Shown in pieces: positions 40,024 through 55,439 of a DNA stretch of 64,000 nt. Positions within the stretch are counted from its first letter, which is position 1. Each line of letters begins with the position of its first letter. The stretch comes from Octopus vulgaris (lineage: Eukaryota), in contig OX597838.1 in the NCBI GenBank assembly GCA_951406725.2, positions 9,424,001-9,488,000 of the forward strand, read 5' to 3'. The notes under the pieces are model-generated. The model did not search any database. It saw only the letters and a list, made by a program, of their open reading frames with translations, and was not told where the DNA came from. A program made the position numbers and the translations under genes.

Positions 40024-40420
40024 GCGCAGGAGTGGCTGTGTGGTAAGTAGCTTGCTAACCAACCACATGGTTCCGGGTTCAGTCCCACTGCGTGGCATCT
40101 TGGGCAAGTGTCTTCTGCTATAGCCCCGGGCCGACCAATGCCATGTGAGTGGATTTGGTAGACGGAAACTGAAAGAAGCCTTGTCGTATATATGTACATA
40201 TATATATGTATGTGTGTGTGTATGTGTTTGTGTGTCTGTGTTTGTCCCCCTAGCATTGCTTGACAACCGATGCTGGTGTGTTTACGTCCTCGTCACTTAG
40301 CGGTTCGGCAAAAGACACCGATAGAATAAGTACTGGGCTTACAAAGAATTTGCTCGACTAAAGGCGGTGCTCCAGCATGGCCGCAGTCAAATGACTGAAA
40401 CAAGTAAAAGAGTAAAGAGT
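40024..40420 (+). mobile_element. SINE family A, full length
   Basis: Colinear with 17069-17521. Confidence 0.9.
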
Positions 40421-41216
40421 CCATTATTTGTAGGTTCTGTTATTTTCTCAGACTTCTCCTGTAACCAATAACGGTCACCATGGCAGACCCTTCACTTTGG
40501 TATGGCTAATGGGAGAACATCAAGTCCAGTGGAGAGGGATATCAAATCCAAAGCGTGGCATTTCTTCGTATATCATTGACGAGGAGACAGTTTTCGGAGA
40601 CAGTTTCCTCTGCCTTGGCGATTGGCCAGCATCAGAGATTGCATGCCCTCGTTTCCAGGTCACCCATCGCCACTTGTCTGAAGACTCGGCCGTGGCCTTC
40701 ATTGCTCCTCTAAGACCAGCAGTTAATGCCGGCATCGATGCGATGGTGTACTGCGACATGACCGTTGTAACTTGTAACCAGAAACACCTGACCGAAAATG
40801 CAACGCATGGCTGTCTTCTATGGAAAGGACATGTCCCGATGATCAGGAAGTCCCCCTTCTCAATAGCACCCACTCCGTGGTAGTATCGAGACGTCGCTCT
40901 CGATAAGGCGCAGGCACGCTCTCAGAGTGAAATCAGCTGCTGAAATGTCTGAACTTTTGCAACGATGACAACGACGACGGAAACGTGGATGAACTGGTGT
41001 GAATGTCTTCCGTACGATGCAAGTCCCTTGACTACACGCACACACACATACACACGCATACATATATATAGAGAGAGAGTGAGTGAATGAGTGAGTGAGG
41101 GAGGGAGGGAGGGAGGGAGGGAGGGCGAGAGCGAGATACATACACACATGTATATAAAGGAGAAGAGGTGGTGGTGGAGGAGGAGGAGGAGGAGGACAAA
41201 GAAAGGAAGGAAGGAA

Positions 41217-41330
<114 letters not shown>

Positions 41331-41683
41331 AAATTGGAAAGTATCTCACAGAAATGGTAATGAAAATCAGAACATTCAAAGAGAGGAAAAATTGAAAAAA
41401 GAAGAAATTCAAAAAACCTAAACAATAGACAACAGATTCTTGAGAAATTAATTCCCAAACAGCTAGAATGTAATCTTTGATCTTGTAGCATTGGTTCCAC
41501 CAAGTACGATAGGATCCAATGGGTTATGGTACACTGCGCAACCCTACTCCCGAGTTGCCAAGATTTGGTTCCATTTCGTTTTACTTACTTGGTCTAAATG
41601 ATGTTATACGTCCACACATGTATAATGTATGCCATACATGTTTATGGGTGTATGTATGGCAGTGTGTATGTGTCTGTGAATTC

Positions 41684-41726
<43 letters not shown>

Positions 41727-41826
41727 CATTCCTATGTGTGTGTGCGTGTGTGTATGTGTGTTACAGTTTCAAATGGAGTTAATATGTAGCTGTAAATATT
41801 TATATACGTGAATGGTTATAGATGTG

Positions 41827-41873
<47 letters not shown>

Positions 41874-41989
41874 ATATATATACATATACATACATACATA
41901 TATATATACATATACATATACATTAGTGGGGTATGTGCGTGTCAGTGTATAAGTCTAAGTACCCGTTCTATTATTTTTCTTTTACTTTT

Positions 41990-42290
41990 TTCAGCTATTA
42001 GAATTAGATTGTGGCCATGCTGGAGCCCTACCTTCAAGAATTGATCCCAGTTCTCATTGTCGTTTTTCTTTTGCCGAATCGGTAAGTCACGGGAACGCAA
42101 ACACAACTACACCGGTTGTCAAGCGGTGAAAGGGTATAGTCAGAGGCGCAAAGACACACACATATAAATATGCATATATACGACAGGCTTCTTTCAGTTT
42201 CCGTCTACCAAATCCACTGAAAAGATTTTGGTCAGCCCGAGGTGCCAGGCAGTGGGGCTGAACCTGGTACCATGATTAGGAAGCAAATAT
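41990..42290 (-). mobile_element. SINE family A, degraded
   Basis: ggccatgctggagc...tttgccgaa...ttctttcagtttccgtctaccaaatccact. Confidence 0.7.
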
Positions 42291-42439
42291 CTGTTTGAAT
42301 ATATATATATGTGAGTGTATATATTTATACATCTATATACATAAGTATATATACGTATATACGTATGTGTATGCGTCTGTGTGTGTGTGTGTATATATAC
42401 ACATATGTATGTACATTTATATATACATATTAGTCTTTG

Positions 42440-42489
<50 letters not shown>

Positions 42490-42763
42490 CGACGTACACA
42501 CACGTATATGTTGATATTTTTCTGTTTGCGTATGTGCTTGTCAGCATTTGTGTATATGTGTGCACGCATGTGTATAAACGTCTGTATAAGTGTATGTATG
42601 TATGTATGTATGTGTGTATGCGTATACGTTGTTGTCAAGTATTCTATATACACCCACCACATCATTGTATGTATAATATATATATATATTCATATATATA
42701 TACATATATATATACTCATATATATTATATAGTTATATCTCTATATCTCTCTCTCTCTCTCTC

Positions 42764-42856
<93 letters not shown>

Positions 42857-42988
42857 TATATATATATATATATTTCAGTGCACCAAGTTATTCCTGCGAG
42901 ATACGGCACCAGGCCGTCTGCTATACAAGATAGACCGTTACTTCAAATAAATTCCTTTTATATGATCAAAGCAAAACGAAACAAAGTC

Positions 42989-43028
<40 letters not shown>

Positions 43029-43359
43029 TTCTCTCTACCTCTCTTCCCTGTCTCAGTGTGACATAGAGAAGATAACAAAATCTAATGAAAATATACAGGT
43101 GAGACACGAACAGACACATTCGCCAGTTTGGAAACATTCATTTTAAAACACCAACGGTGTTGGTACAAAGATCTTACTGTAGGAAACGTCTTGTTTATGT
43201 AGAATTCTTCAAGTAAAGTATAAAGTTTATAAATGTGTAGTTGTGTTCTTTGTATAGAGATGTTACTTGTCTGATATGAAATATGCGTGTTCGAACCCCG
43301 GTCGGCTTCATCGTTTCATAATTGTTTTCTTCTTTTTGAATCCTTTCTGCACAAGGAAG

Positions 43360-43520
43360 GGAAATTTTGTGGGAGGGACCTCGTAGATTTCATCGACTCC
43401 CAGTTCTCGTCTAGTGCTTATTTAATTGAACACAAAACGATGAAGGGTGGCAGTGACCTCGGTGGAATTTGAACTCAGAACGTAAAGACGGCCGAAATAC
43501 CGCTCAGCATTTTACCCGTA
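43360..43520 (-). mobile_element. SINE family B, degraded
   Basis: gacctcggtggaatttgaactcagaacgtaaagacggccgaaataccgct. Confidence 0.65.
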
Positions 43521-43564
43521 AATATACAAACAAAATAAAAACCGTGGGACTTTTAGACAATATA

Positions 43565-43657
<93 letters not shown>

Positions 43658-43659
43658 TC

Positions 43660-43893
43660 AGATGAATATGGTACTTAAGTTGAGGCACCAGAATTTAGTA
43701 TGGTAATTATCCATACAATATAAAATAAGGTGATTAAAATTAAAATAAGCAACAAGGATATCCAGAGGTAATGCCGTACGATCGTTTCATGCCACTCCAT
43801 TTAATTGAACAATGCAATCATTTACATTGTTCAATTAAATGGAGTCGCATGAAACTATCGTACTGCATTACCTCTGGATGTCCTTGTTGCTTA

Positions 43894-43901
<8 letters not shown>
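43660..43901. mobile_element. palindromic element (77-bp arms, 10-bp spacer) with hammerhead 3' half, between (TA)n
   Basis: Arms 43738-43814 and 43825-43901; the - strand reads gcat-GAA-ACGATCGT-A (palindromic stem III, GUA); no core visible at the inversion centre. Confidence 0.7.
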
Positions 43902-43978
<77 letters not shown>

Positions 43979-44939
43979 CATAGATGTAGGGGTCGAACCT
44001 CCGTCATTAACAAGACCCAGGAAGGTCGAAATCACGTGAACTGGTGGTTTCGGTGCTGGAGGTACCAGGGATTTATTTTCCTGCTAGTGATATAAACAAG
44101 AGTGCATTTTTGCACCAGAAGCCAATATGAGAGTCTCTCTCATGCTAACTATCGCAGTATAGCTTGTTCTAACAAAACCGGCACGTTTAAAAGGACGGAA
44201 AAATTACCTATATATATACGAATATATATATATATAATGCAAAATGGGACAAGAACGCAAGACATCCGGACAGTTAGGTGATAAAAAAAATGGAACAAAA
44301 AACGTCCAGATAGACAGTACAAAGAAAACAAGGAGGGGGTGATGTCATTCGAACTTTTCTTTCCTCAGTCGTATACCAGATTATCTTCTCAATTTCGGCT
44401 TCACCACCTTATATCTGTTTATACACGCACATATATATATACATAAATACATGCATGCATACATACATACATACATACATACACATACATACATACATAC
44501 ATACATACATACATACATACATACATACATACATACGTACATACATACATACGTATATACATACATACATACATACATACATACATACATACATACATAC
44601 ATACATACATACATGCATACATTCATGTATACGTGGTCGTCAAAATTCGTCAAGAAATGAATGCCCGAGTAGGTTGATGCAAGTAGGGTCAACAAAATAA
44701 AGTTATACATATATATATAAGTGCAACCAGTAAGGCTCTACGCACATACAAATGCACGCACATATATAGTCACACATGCACGCACATGCGCACATACACA
44801 CAAATCTTTAGATTTATCGAGCGAACTCCTACCTCTCTGCTTCAGAATTAATTTTCTTAATGTGTTTTGACGAATAACTATATACACTTACATACATACA
44901 TATTTATTTGTATGTATGTATGTATGTATGTATGTATGC

Positions 44940-45025
<86 letters not shown>

Positions 45026-45082
45026 GTGTGTGTGTGGCTGCGTACATATATTATATATCTATATATATACATATATATATTA

Positions 45083-45131
<49 letters not shown>

Positions 45132-45161
45132 ATATATAATATATATATATATATATATATG

Positions 45162-45259
<98 letters not shown>

Positions 45260-45670
45260 ATATATATATGATAAATCTCTGAGCGAGATGGAGAAGAAAA
45301 GTCAGACGCAGACGGACAGACAGACAGACGGATCGAGAGACAGCCAGCCAGACAGACAGACATTAATATCCATATGTGATATTCCTGAAAGCCTTTTACT
45401 TAACTCTTAAATATACATATGTCTACACTTCGGTTCACTCCATGATTAATAATATCAACACAAAAAAAAGCATTAAGGTGACTGCTTCGTTGTTTATTAG
45501 ATGTGACGAGAATCGGAGAAAACTTGTGACATACGAATATGAATGAATAATAATATTATGCTTCCATGCGAGTGCAGTTATGAGTGTATATATATCTATG
45601 TGTCCATCTATCTATCTATCTATATATCTATCTATCTATCTACCTATCTATCTATCTATCTATCTATCTA

Positions 45671-45729
<59 letters not shown>

Positions 45730-45769
45730 TTATCAATCTATCTATCTATCTATCTATTTATCTATCTAC

Positions 45770-45853
<84 letters not shown>

Positions 45854-45926
45854 TTATCTATCTATCAATCTATCTATCTATCTATTTATCTATCTACCTA
45901 TCTATCTGTCTGTCTATCTATTTATC

Positions 45927-45957
<31 letters not shown>

Positions 45958-47143
45958 CTATCTATTTATCTATCTATCAATCAATCTATCTATCTATCTA
46001 GATAAAATACAGTGTACATTTAAACATATAAGAGGAATCCACTCATGGGATTCCTCACGCTAGAAAGAACAGCTAGATTCCAAAACCACAAAATTAGGGA
46101 TAAAATTCCGAAAGGAACTAAATGAAAAAATAAAAACTTTTACCATCAAGTTTCCTGGACCAATTGGTTTCTGATTTTATTTTAGCAAATAATATAATTT
46201 GCTAGGTGAAATCGTCATCAGCAGGTACACCTCAGATTAAATATATAAACACGAGGCAATCAATTATATGCCTCTTGTTTATACATCCTATTTTTTTCAA
46301 AACTACTGCACAGGCGCAGCTCCTCGTCGGCAATAACTGTGGGGGGTCTTTACGAAAGCACAAGTTTTGAGATAAGAGTATAGTCTTGCAAGGACTTACA
46401 TCGATTCACACCACAGCAAGCTTAATGATGCCGTAGGCGGGAAAACAATGCATGATTCCTCTACAGGGCTTTAGAGGCTATGAAAGATGATAGATAGGTG
46501 GAAGGAACAGGGAAGAGATGGCGAGTAGGAGGGCCAATCTCAATGAGAAATAGGTCGAGAAGTTGTCACCGAAATGTCCAGTATTTGACAGCTCCTGCAC
46601 TTTTACTCAAAACTTAAAAAGCCGTAATTACACGCTGCGAAAATATTTTTGTTCAGCATTGTAACAATTTTATCGGTCATGGCTTTATTATTGTCCACGA
46701 ATATGTAACTAGATTTTTTTTCACTGACGAACATCAATGTGATAGTAGTAATAGTGTTGCTGCTGTTAATAATGATGAATCTTCTTGTTGTTGTTGTGGT
46801 GGTGGTGGTGGTGATGGTAGTGACGGTCGTTGTCGTCGTCGTAATAGTCGTAGTGGTCGTGACGGTTGACGGTGCGTGATGAGCGGAATCAGAGCTATGT
46901 AGTGTTGTATATAGATTTGCCATTATCTATAATCAATTTTAAAGTATGCAACACACCGTGAAGCGGAGGAATTAATCAAATCTGTAGAAGGAAATAAGAG
47001 GAAGCTTGTTTGTTTGCCTTGGCGTATATTTGGTGTTTACCACATAGAGAGGCGATACGTGTTTGAAAGTTAATGACTGTGTATACGTGAATACTTATAC
47101 CTATGTATGGATGCGTGTGGGTGTGTGCGCGTATGTGTGAGTG

Positions 47144-47253
<110 letters not shown>

Positions 47254-47276
47254 GTATATGTATATGTATATATATG

Positions 47277-49100
<1,824 letters not shown>

Positions 49101-49102
49101 GT

Positions 49103-49257
49103 TGCAGGAGTGGCTGTGTGGTAAAAAGTTTGCTTACCGACCGCATGGTTCCGGGTTCAGTCCCACTGCATGGCATCTTGTATTCTATTATAGCCTCGGG
49201 CTGGGCAAAACCTTGTGAGTGGATTTGATAGATGGAAACTGAAAGAAGCCTGTATAT

Positions 49258-49292
<35 letters not shown>

Positions 49293-49485
49293 TTTGCTTT
49301 GTTTGTCCCCAACCATCGCTTTGACAACCGATGTTGGTGTGACCCCGTAACTTAGTGGTTCGGCAACAGAAACCGATAGAGTAAGTACTAGGCTTACAAA
49401 AAATGTCCTGGATCGATCTCTCGACTAAAGGCGGTACTCCAGCATGGCCGCAGTCATACGACTGAAACAAGTAAATGAGTAAAAG
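49103..49485 (+). mobile_element. SINE family A
   Basis: Colinear with 17069-17521; internal (TG)n. Confidence 0.85.
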
Positions 49486-49519
49486 AAAATATATGTACAC
49501 ATATATATCATATTTATAC

Positions 49520-49601
<82 letters not shown>

Positions 49602-49602
49602 G

Positions 49603-49666
<64 letters not shown>

Positions 49667-49734
49667 CCTGCATACACATATACACATGGACATATATAAA
49701 TTTATGTAAATCGAAATCGCCATCATTTAGACAT

Positions 49735-49985
49735 CACGGTATCGACTAGACTATCGGATGTTGTTATACATCGCTAGTCACAATGCACTTCGCAATGGTT
49801 TAGCATTTGAATGGTGTCAACTCGCTAGGCAACCAAACCAACATTGAACTATTCCGTTGGAGTGTGATGAAGTGTGACCCATTTACAGATGAGTAGACTG
49901 GAGCAACGTGAAATGAAGTATTTTGCTTAAAAACACCCGGCCCGGGAATTGAAACCATGCTCACCAAATCGTGAGTGCACCATAT
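49735..49985 (-). mobile_element. old SINE-like repeat (second copy 62590-62875)
   Basis: Shared ttgttatacatcgctRgtcacaatgc..ttYgca...gttttagc, ccatttacag...gaYYggagcaac and ccgggaat.gaaNcca blocks. Confidence 0.6.
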
Positions 49986-50705
49986 TTATGTGTTTTCCAA
50001 AGAAATAGTTTAGAGTAAATAACTATAAGCAAGTACCTATAAGAGATAAAAGTAGTAACTATAATGACAAGTAATGTTTGTCGCCACTTCAACATCGAGT
50101 GCAAATTGCATCGAATAACCAGCTGGAGGAGGTGTCTTCTTAGGGTTAAAATGGCAGAATCGTCAGTCCATATGGAGCAGCCATGTTGAAATGGAGACAA
50201 ACATTACAAATAACAATATTTTTTCTATAAAGAATTGATTAGGTGCTATGCACGGTAGTGTATCATGTTTGTCATAGTTCGGCATGCTTAATAGGTGGCC
50301 TTGTACAACATGGTATATTACCAGTTGATTTTTACACACACACACACACACACACACAAGTGCACATACACTCAGAATCATACACTCTCACACAGTCATC
50401 CACCAACACCTCAATTGGATACGGTGTGCGGACAATTTGATCGAAACTTATTGAACGAAAAAACAAAAAAAACAGTTGCATTGGAAAGAAAAAGCAATTA
50501 GATCATAGAATATACCAAATTTTCTTTTTGTTTTAAATACTATACTAATCAGGTTTTATTATAATTTTTTGATTAATATTGTTAATAAATATATATATAT
50601 ATATATTTATTAGCCCGTTAGAAAATTTCTGTTGGAGATAGAAGCAGTAGAACAAACCAAAAAGTGTGGCAAGAGTTCTTTCCCGTATATATGTGTACAT
50701 ATATT

Positions 50706-51207
50706 TATTTATCGACCCCGAAAGGATGAAAGGCAAATTCGACCTCGGCGGAATTTGAACACAGAACGTAAAAACAGAAAAAAAAACACATATTTCTTTA
50801 CTACCCACAAGGGGCTAAACACAGAGAAGACAAACAAGGATAGACAAACGGATTAAGTCGATTACATCGACCCCAGTGCGTAACTGGTACTTAATTTATC
50901 GACCCCGAAAGGATAAAAGGCAAAGTCGACCTCGGCGGAATTTGAACTCAGAACGTAACGGCAGACGAAATACCTATTTCTTTACTACCCACAAGGGGCT
51001 AAACACAGAGAAGACAAACAAGGACAGACAAAGGGATTAAGTCGATTACATCGACCCCAGTGCGTAACTGGTACTTAATTTATCGACCCCGAAAGGATAA
51101 AAGGCAAAGTCGACCACGGCGGAATTTGAACTCAGAACGTAACCGCAGACGAAATACCGCTAAGCATTTCACCCAGCGTGCTAACGTTTCTGCCACCTCG
51201 TCGCCTT
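50706..51207 (-). mobile_element. SINE family B, head plus 184-bp tandem units
   Basis: Head ~51158-51207; units 50974-51157, 50790-50973 and partial 50706-50789. Confidence 0.85.
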
Positions 51208-52322
51208 CTCCCGCTTGCAATGAACATCGAGTGCAAAAGTGCACTGAATAACCAGCTGAGGAGATGCCTTCCTGAGGTTTAAATTGCAGTATCATTGGTT
51301 CTTAGAGAACACCCACGTTAAAGTGGCGATAAGCATTACTCTTCATATATTTATTATTTTTTTAATAAGCATAAAAGATGGCGAACCGACAGGACCGTTG
51401 ACGCACCGGCCCTAAAACCTTAATACCATTTTCCGAGATCAAATACAGGCTATATCATCTTTTCATCTCTTCAGGGTCGATATGACGAAAAGACCGCTAA
51501 GTCATTTTCCTGACGCATTAAATATTTTACCAACTCTCCGCCACATGGTTTCAAAGTTTGACACAAAACTAACAATGGCGTCGACCTCAGTACTTCACTG
51601 GTACTTTATTTTCCAGATCCTGAAAGGATGCGAGGCAAAGTTTATCTCGCTGATGTTTGAACTCAGAACGTAAGGAGCCGGAAGAAATGCTGCAAAGCAT
51701 TTTATCCGAAGCGTTAACGGTTTTACAAGCCGCGCAGCATTATCGTTTCAGATTTTGATACAAAGCCAGCAATTTTAGGAGAGCGACATGTCAATTACAT
51801 CGATTCCTTGTATTCAACAAAATCCCTAAATAACAAAATCCAAAACTGATGTCGGCGGGATTTCCACGCGGAACGTAAAGAGCCGGAAGACCTGTTGCTA
51901 GCCATTTTTTCCGACGTGCTCACGATTCTGCCACCTCGCCCGCCATCTATCAGCTGGCTACCTTTAATATATGAATGTAAAAATAACGGTGTTATTGTTT
52001 TACCTTGCTCAGGTGTATTACGGTGAAATTTGTACCGGGAACAAATTTCACGAACGATTCTCGCCCGAGTTCTTGCGACCATACCTATTTGACGCTTTAT
52101 GTTTAACAAAATCTTATAGCTCTTCTTCATAAATTTTTGATATACCTCTGCATAACAAACTAGCATTGCTAGTGAAATTTTAAATCGATGTGAGGTAAAA
52201 ATTAACCCAGGACAAAAAAAAAATAGGGAAGACCGCAGAGATTAATACCAAACGATGTTCTTTTTCATTCTGATTTCAAATTCTGCCCAGACTGATTTAA
52301 GCATTCACACAATTATACACGA

Positions 52323-52705
52323 CTAGCAGTATCGCCCGGTGTTGCTCGGGTTTGTAAGGGAAATAACTATAAAGCATTTTTAGAGAGTTATAGCAAAAAA
52401 TAGCAAAAAAATGGGAAAAAAATTATGGTAAATTTTTTTTGAGAGTTAAAAAGGTCGAGTTGCGTCCCCTAGACAGTCTGTGGTTTGTGTTTCTGATTCT
52501 CGACCCCATGTCGAATTTATCGATTTTTTTCAGAACTGGGGGAACTTTTCAAAATTTTCGGTCCGTTAGTTTTGAATTATGACATTGGGCTATGTGTGTG
52601 TCAAGTTTCATCAGAATTGGTTGAAAGCCGTGGTCAGGGTGAGGGTACAACCTGACAGACACACAGACACACAGACAGACAAACTGCCATTTATATAGAG
52701 AGAGA
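52323..52705 (-). mobile_element. non-autonomous Helitron
   Basis: The - strand starts A|TC (52705) and ends CTAG|T (52323); subterminal hairpin cccggtgttgctcggg at 52335-52350; (CAGA)n near the 5' end. Confidence 0.85.
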
Positions 52706-52829
52706 TAAGCTATTGGCCAAACCACGCCCACACGACACACATACGCACACACAGTCACTCTTACACTATACTCATCTCTACACATGGATACCTTTCTGTA
52801 CTGGCACACGGTAACCAGCTACGTCCTCT

Positions 52830-53073
52830 CTTCATAATTCCTCCCCATAGAACAGCATTTGAACCTGCTCCCTAAATCCTTTATTTCTTCTTTCGTGGTA
52901 CATCTCTTTCTTTCGTTTTTTCCTTCTTTCACTCCTTTCTTTTTTCTGATGAAGGACTGGCGTCCGAAACATCAAGATTTCTTTCCATTCTTGCAAAGAG
53001 TATACTAATAATACATTTATTACAACTTGTCCATCCCGTTGTTTCGTTTCCTTGTTTTTGCTGATAATACTGT
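52830..53073 (+). mobile_element. Penelope-terminus-like element with canonical hammerhead (52942-52977)
   Basis: tttt-CTGATGA-A-GGAC TGGC GTCC-GAA-ACAT-C-aaga; pyrimidine-rich leader and tail resembling the 24555/32219 family. Confidence 0.65.
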
Positions 53074-53251
53074 ACATATATACATACACATACATACATA
53101 TAAATATATGCATATATATATATATATGCGCGTGTGTGTGAAAACATATATATAAATATATATATATATGTACATATGCATGTATATATATATATGTATA
53201 ATTATATATAAATACATATTTATATACATGTATACATGGCATATACACACG

Positions 53252-53285
<34 letters not shown>

Positions 53286-53344
53286 CATGTATACATGGTA
53301 AATATATATATATTTGTATGTGAATATATGTATATATCGTATAC

Positions 53345-53393
<49 letters not shown>

Positions 53394-53483
53394 ATATGTA
53401 AATACATATAAATATATATACATGTATATACAGATATATAAATATATATATATATAGATGTGTGAATATATATTCATACATAC

Positions 53484-53515
<32 letters not shown>

Positions 53516-53651
53516 GTATGTATGCGTGTGTGTATGCAAACATATTTGTAAATACATGTGTGTCTGTTTGTGTGTGTAGGTATATATGTAAATAAACATA
53601 TTTGTCTATACATGTGTGTCTGTGTCTAATGGCTGCAAATACATACACGCG

Positions 53652-53706
<55 letters not shown>

Positions 53707-53879
53707 CCTTCTGCATTAAATCCAAGCTAGAATTTCGTCTAATTACGTCAGAGATATTGGAATCTTTCAGCCACTGTTTTTAAATGTAGGCCGTGCACAG
53801 ATAACTGGATTTAACATGGAACAGCGGCGGCGGCGACAAATGGCGGCGGAGGTGGGGGGGGCAGTGCCGTCGAGGGCGG

Positions 53880-54693
53880 TAGTGTGGGCGATGAGGCCCG
53901 CGTAGGTGACGGGGGCAGTGGCGGTGGTCACGATGGTGGTGGTACTGATGCTGATGATGGTGATGGTATTGACGGTGGCCGTGGTGTGACGATAGTCGTG
54001 GAGGCGGTGGCGACAGTGGTGACGGTGATAGTGATGGTGGTTATGATTATGATAGTGTTGTTGTTGTTGGTGGTGGTGGTGATGGTAATTATGATAGTGC
54101 TGGTGGTTGTGGTGGTGGTGGTGGTGGTGGTGGTGGTGTTAATTATGATAGTGCTGGTGGTGGTGGTGGTGGTGGTGGTGGTGGTGGTGTTAATTATGAT
54201 AGTGCTGGTGGTTGTGGTGGTGGTGGTGGTGGTGGTGGTGTTAATTATGATAGTGCTGGTGGTGGTGGTGGTAATTATGATAGTGGTGGTAGTGGTGATG
54301 GTGGTGGTGGTGGTGGTGGTGGTGGTGGTCCTGTTAATAGATCTGGAGTTGGTGTTGGCGGTGGTGATAGTGTTATATGTAGTGGCGATGGTGTTAGTGA
54401 TGGCGCTAATGGTGATGCTGCTGTTGCTAATGGTATAGGCTGTGATGATAGAAGCGGCGGTGGTAGTGATGGGGACGGTGGGGACGGCGGTGGTGGAGAG
54501 GCGAAGGTAACGACTTTGGTGGTGGCGGCAGCGGTGAAGGTTGGTGGTGGCAGTGTTGATGGTGGCGGTGGTGACGGTTGTGCTGTTGAGGGTGGTGGTG
54601 GTGGTGGTGGTAGTGGTGGTGTTGGTGGTGGTGGTGGTGGTCATAGTAGTGGCCGTTTCGGCGGAGAATGCTGCAGCGTTGGTGGTTGTGCGG

Positions 54694-54735
<42 letters not shown>

Positions 54736-54935
54736 CCACTGCTGCTTCCACTGCTGCAGCTGCTGTTACCACCACTGCTACTGCTACTGTAGCTGACGAT
54801 AGTGTTTGCAGCGCCGGGTCGGTGGTGGCGACGGTGGCCGCGTTGGTGGTCGTTAGAATTATGGTGGTGTGGAAGCCTGTGATGATAATGATGATGATGG
54901 TGTAGGTGGTTGTGGTTGTGGTGGTGATGGTGTAG
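53880..54935. repeat. (GGT)n/(GCT)n low-complexity tract with ~50-bp repeat units
   Basis: taattatgatagtg(c/g)tggt recurs five times at 54085-54290. Confidence 0.9.
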
Positions 54936-55040
54936 TTACAGTAATGGGCTAGTGTCGGCTTTTCTTTTAAAGTACATTACTTTTTAAATGGTGGATAGAC
55001 AGACAGACAGGCAGGCAGGCAGACTGGCAGGCAGATAAAT

Positions 55041-55158
<118 letters not shown>

Positions 55159-55439
55159 CCAGTCACACAGATAGGCAGGCAGACAGACAGACATTGATTT
55201 ATACATACACACTCATATAAACATGCATACATATCGCGTATAAGCATACACTAACATTGTGTGTGTGTGTGCGTAAGCGTGTGTGTTTTGAATGAACATG
55301 CTATTTAGTATGTCACACGGCCATATGTACTTATATATGCATTAGCAGTCATAAACATAAAGGAGTAGTTTTTCACACACACACACACACACACACATAC
55401 ATATACAATAACACAAAGGGAGGAATTATAACCACGCGG

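Noticed and set aside
46200-46600. Possible LINE endonuclease remnant (LLDLFL on - strand)
   Set aside because: Single short motif amid stops; insufficient without a database search.
53820-54905. CpG-rich start and mucin-like Thr/Val/Ala ORFs
   Set aside because: Degenerate (GGT)/(GCT) repeat open on both strands; no splice or domain evidence.
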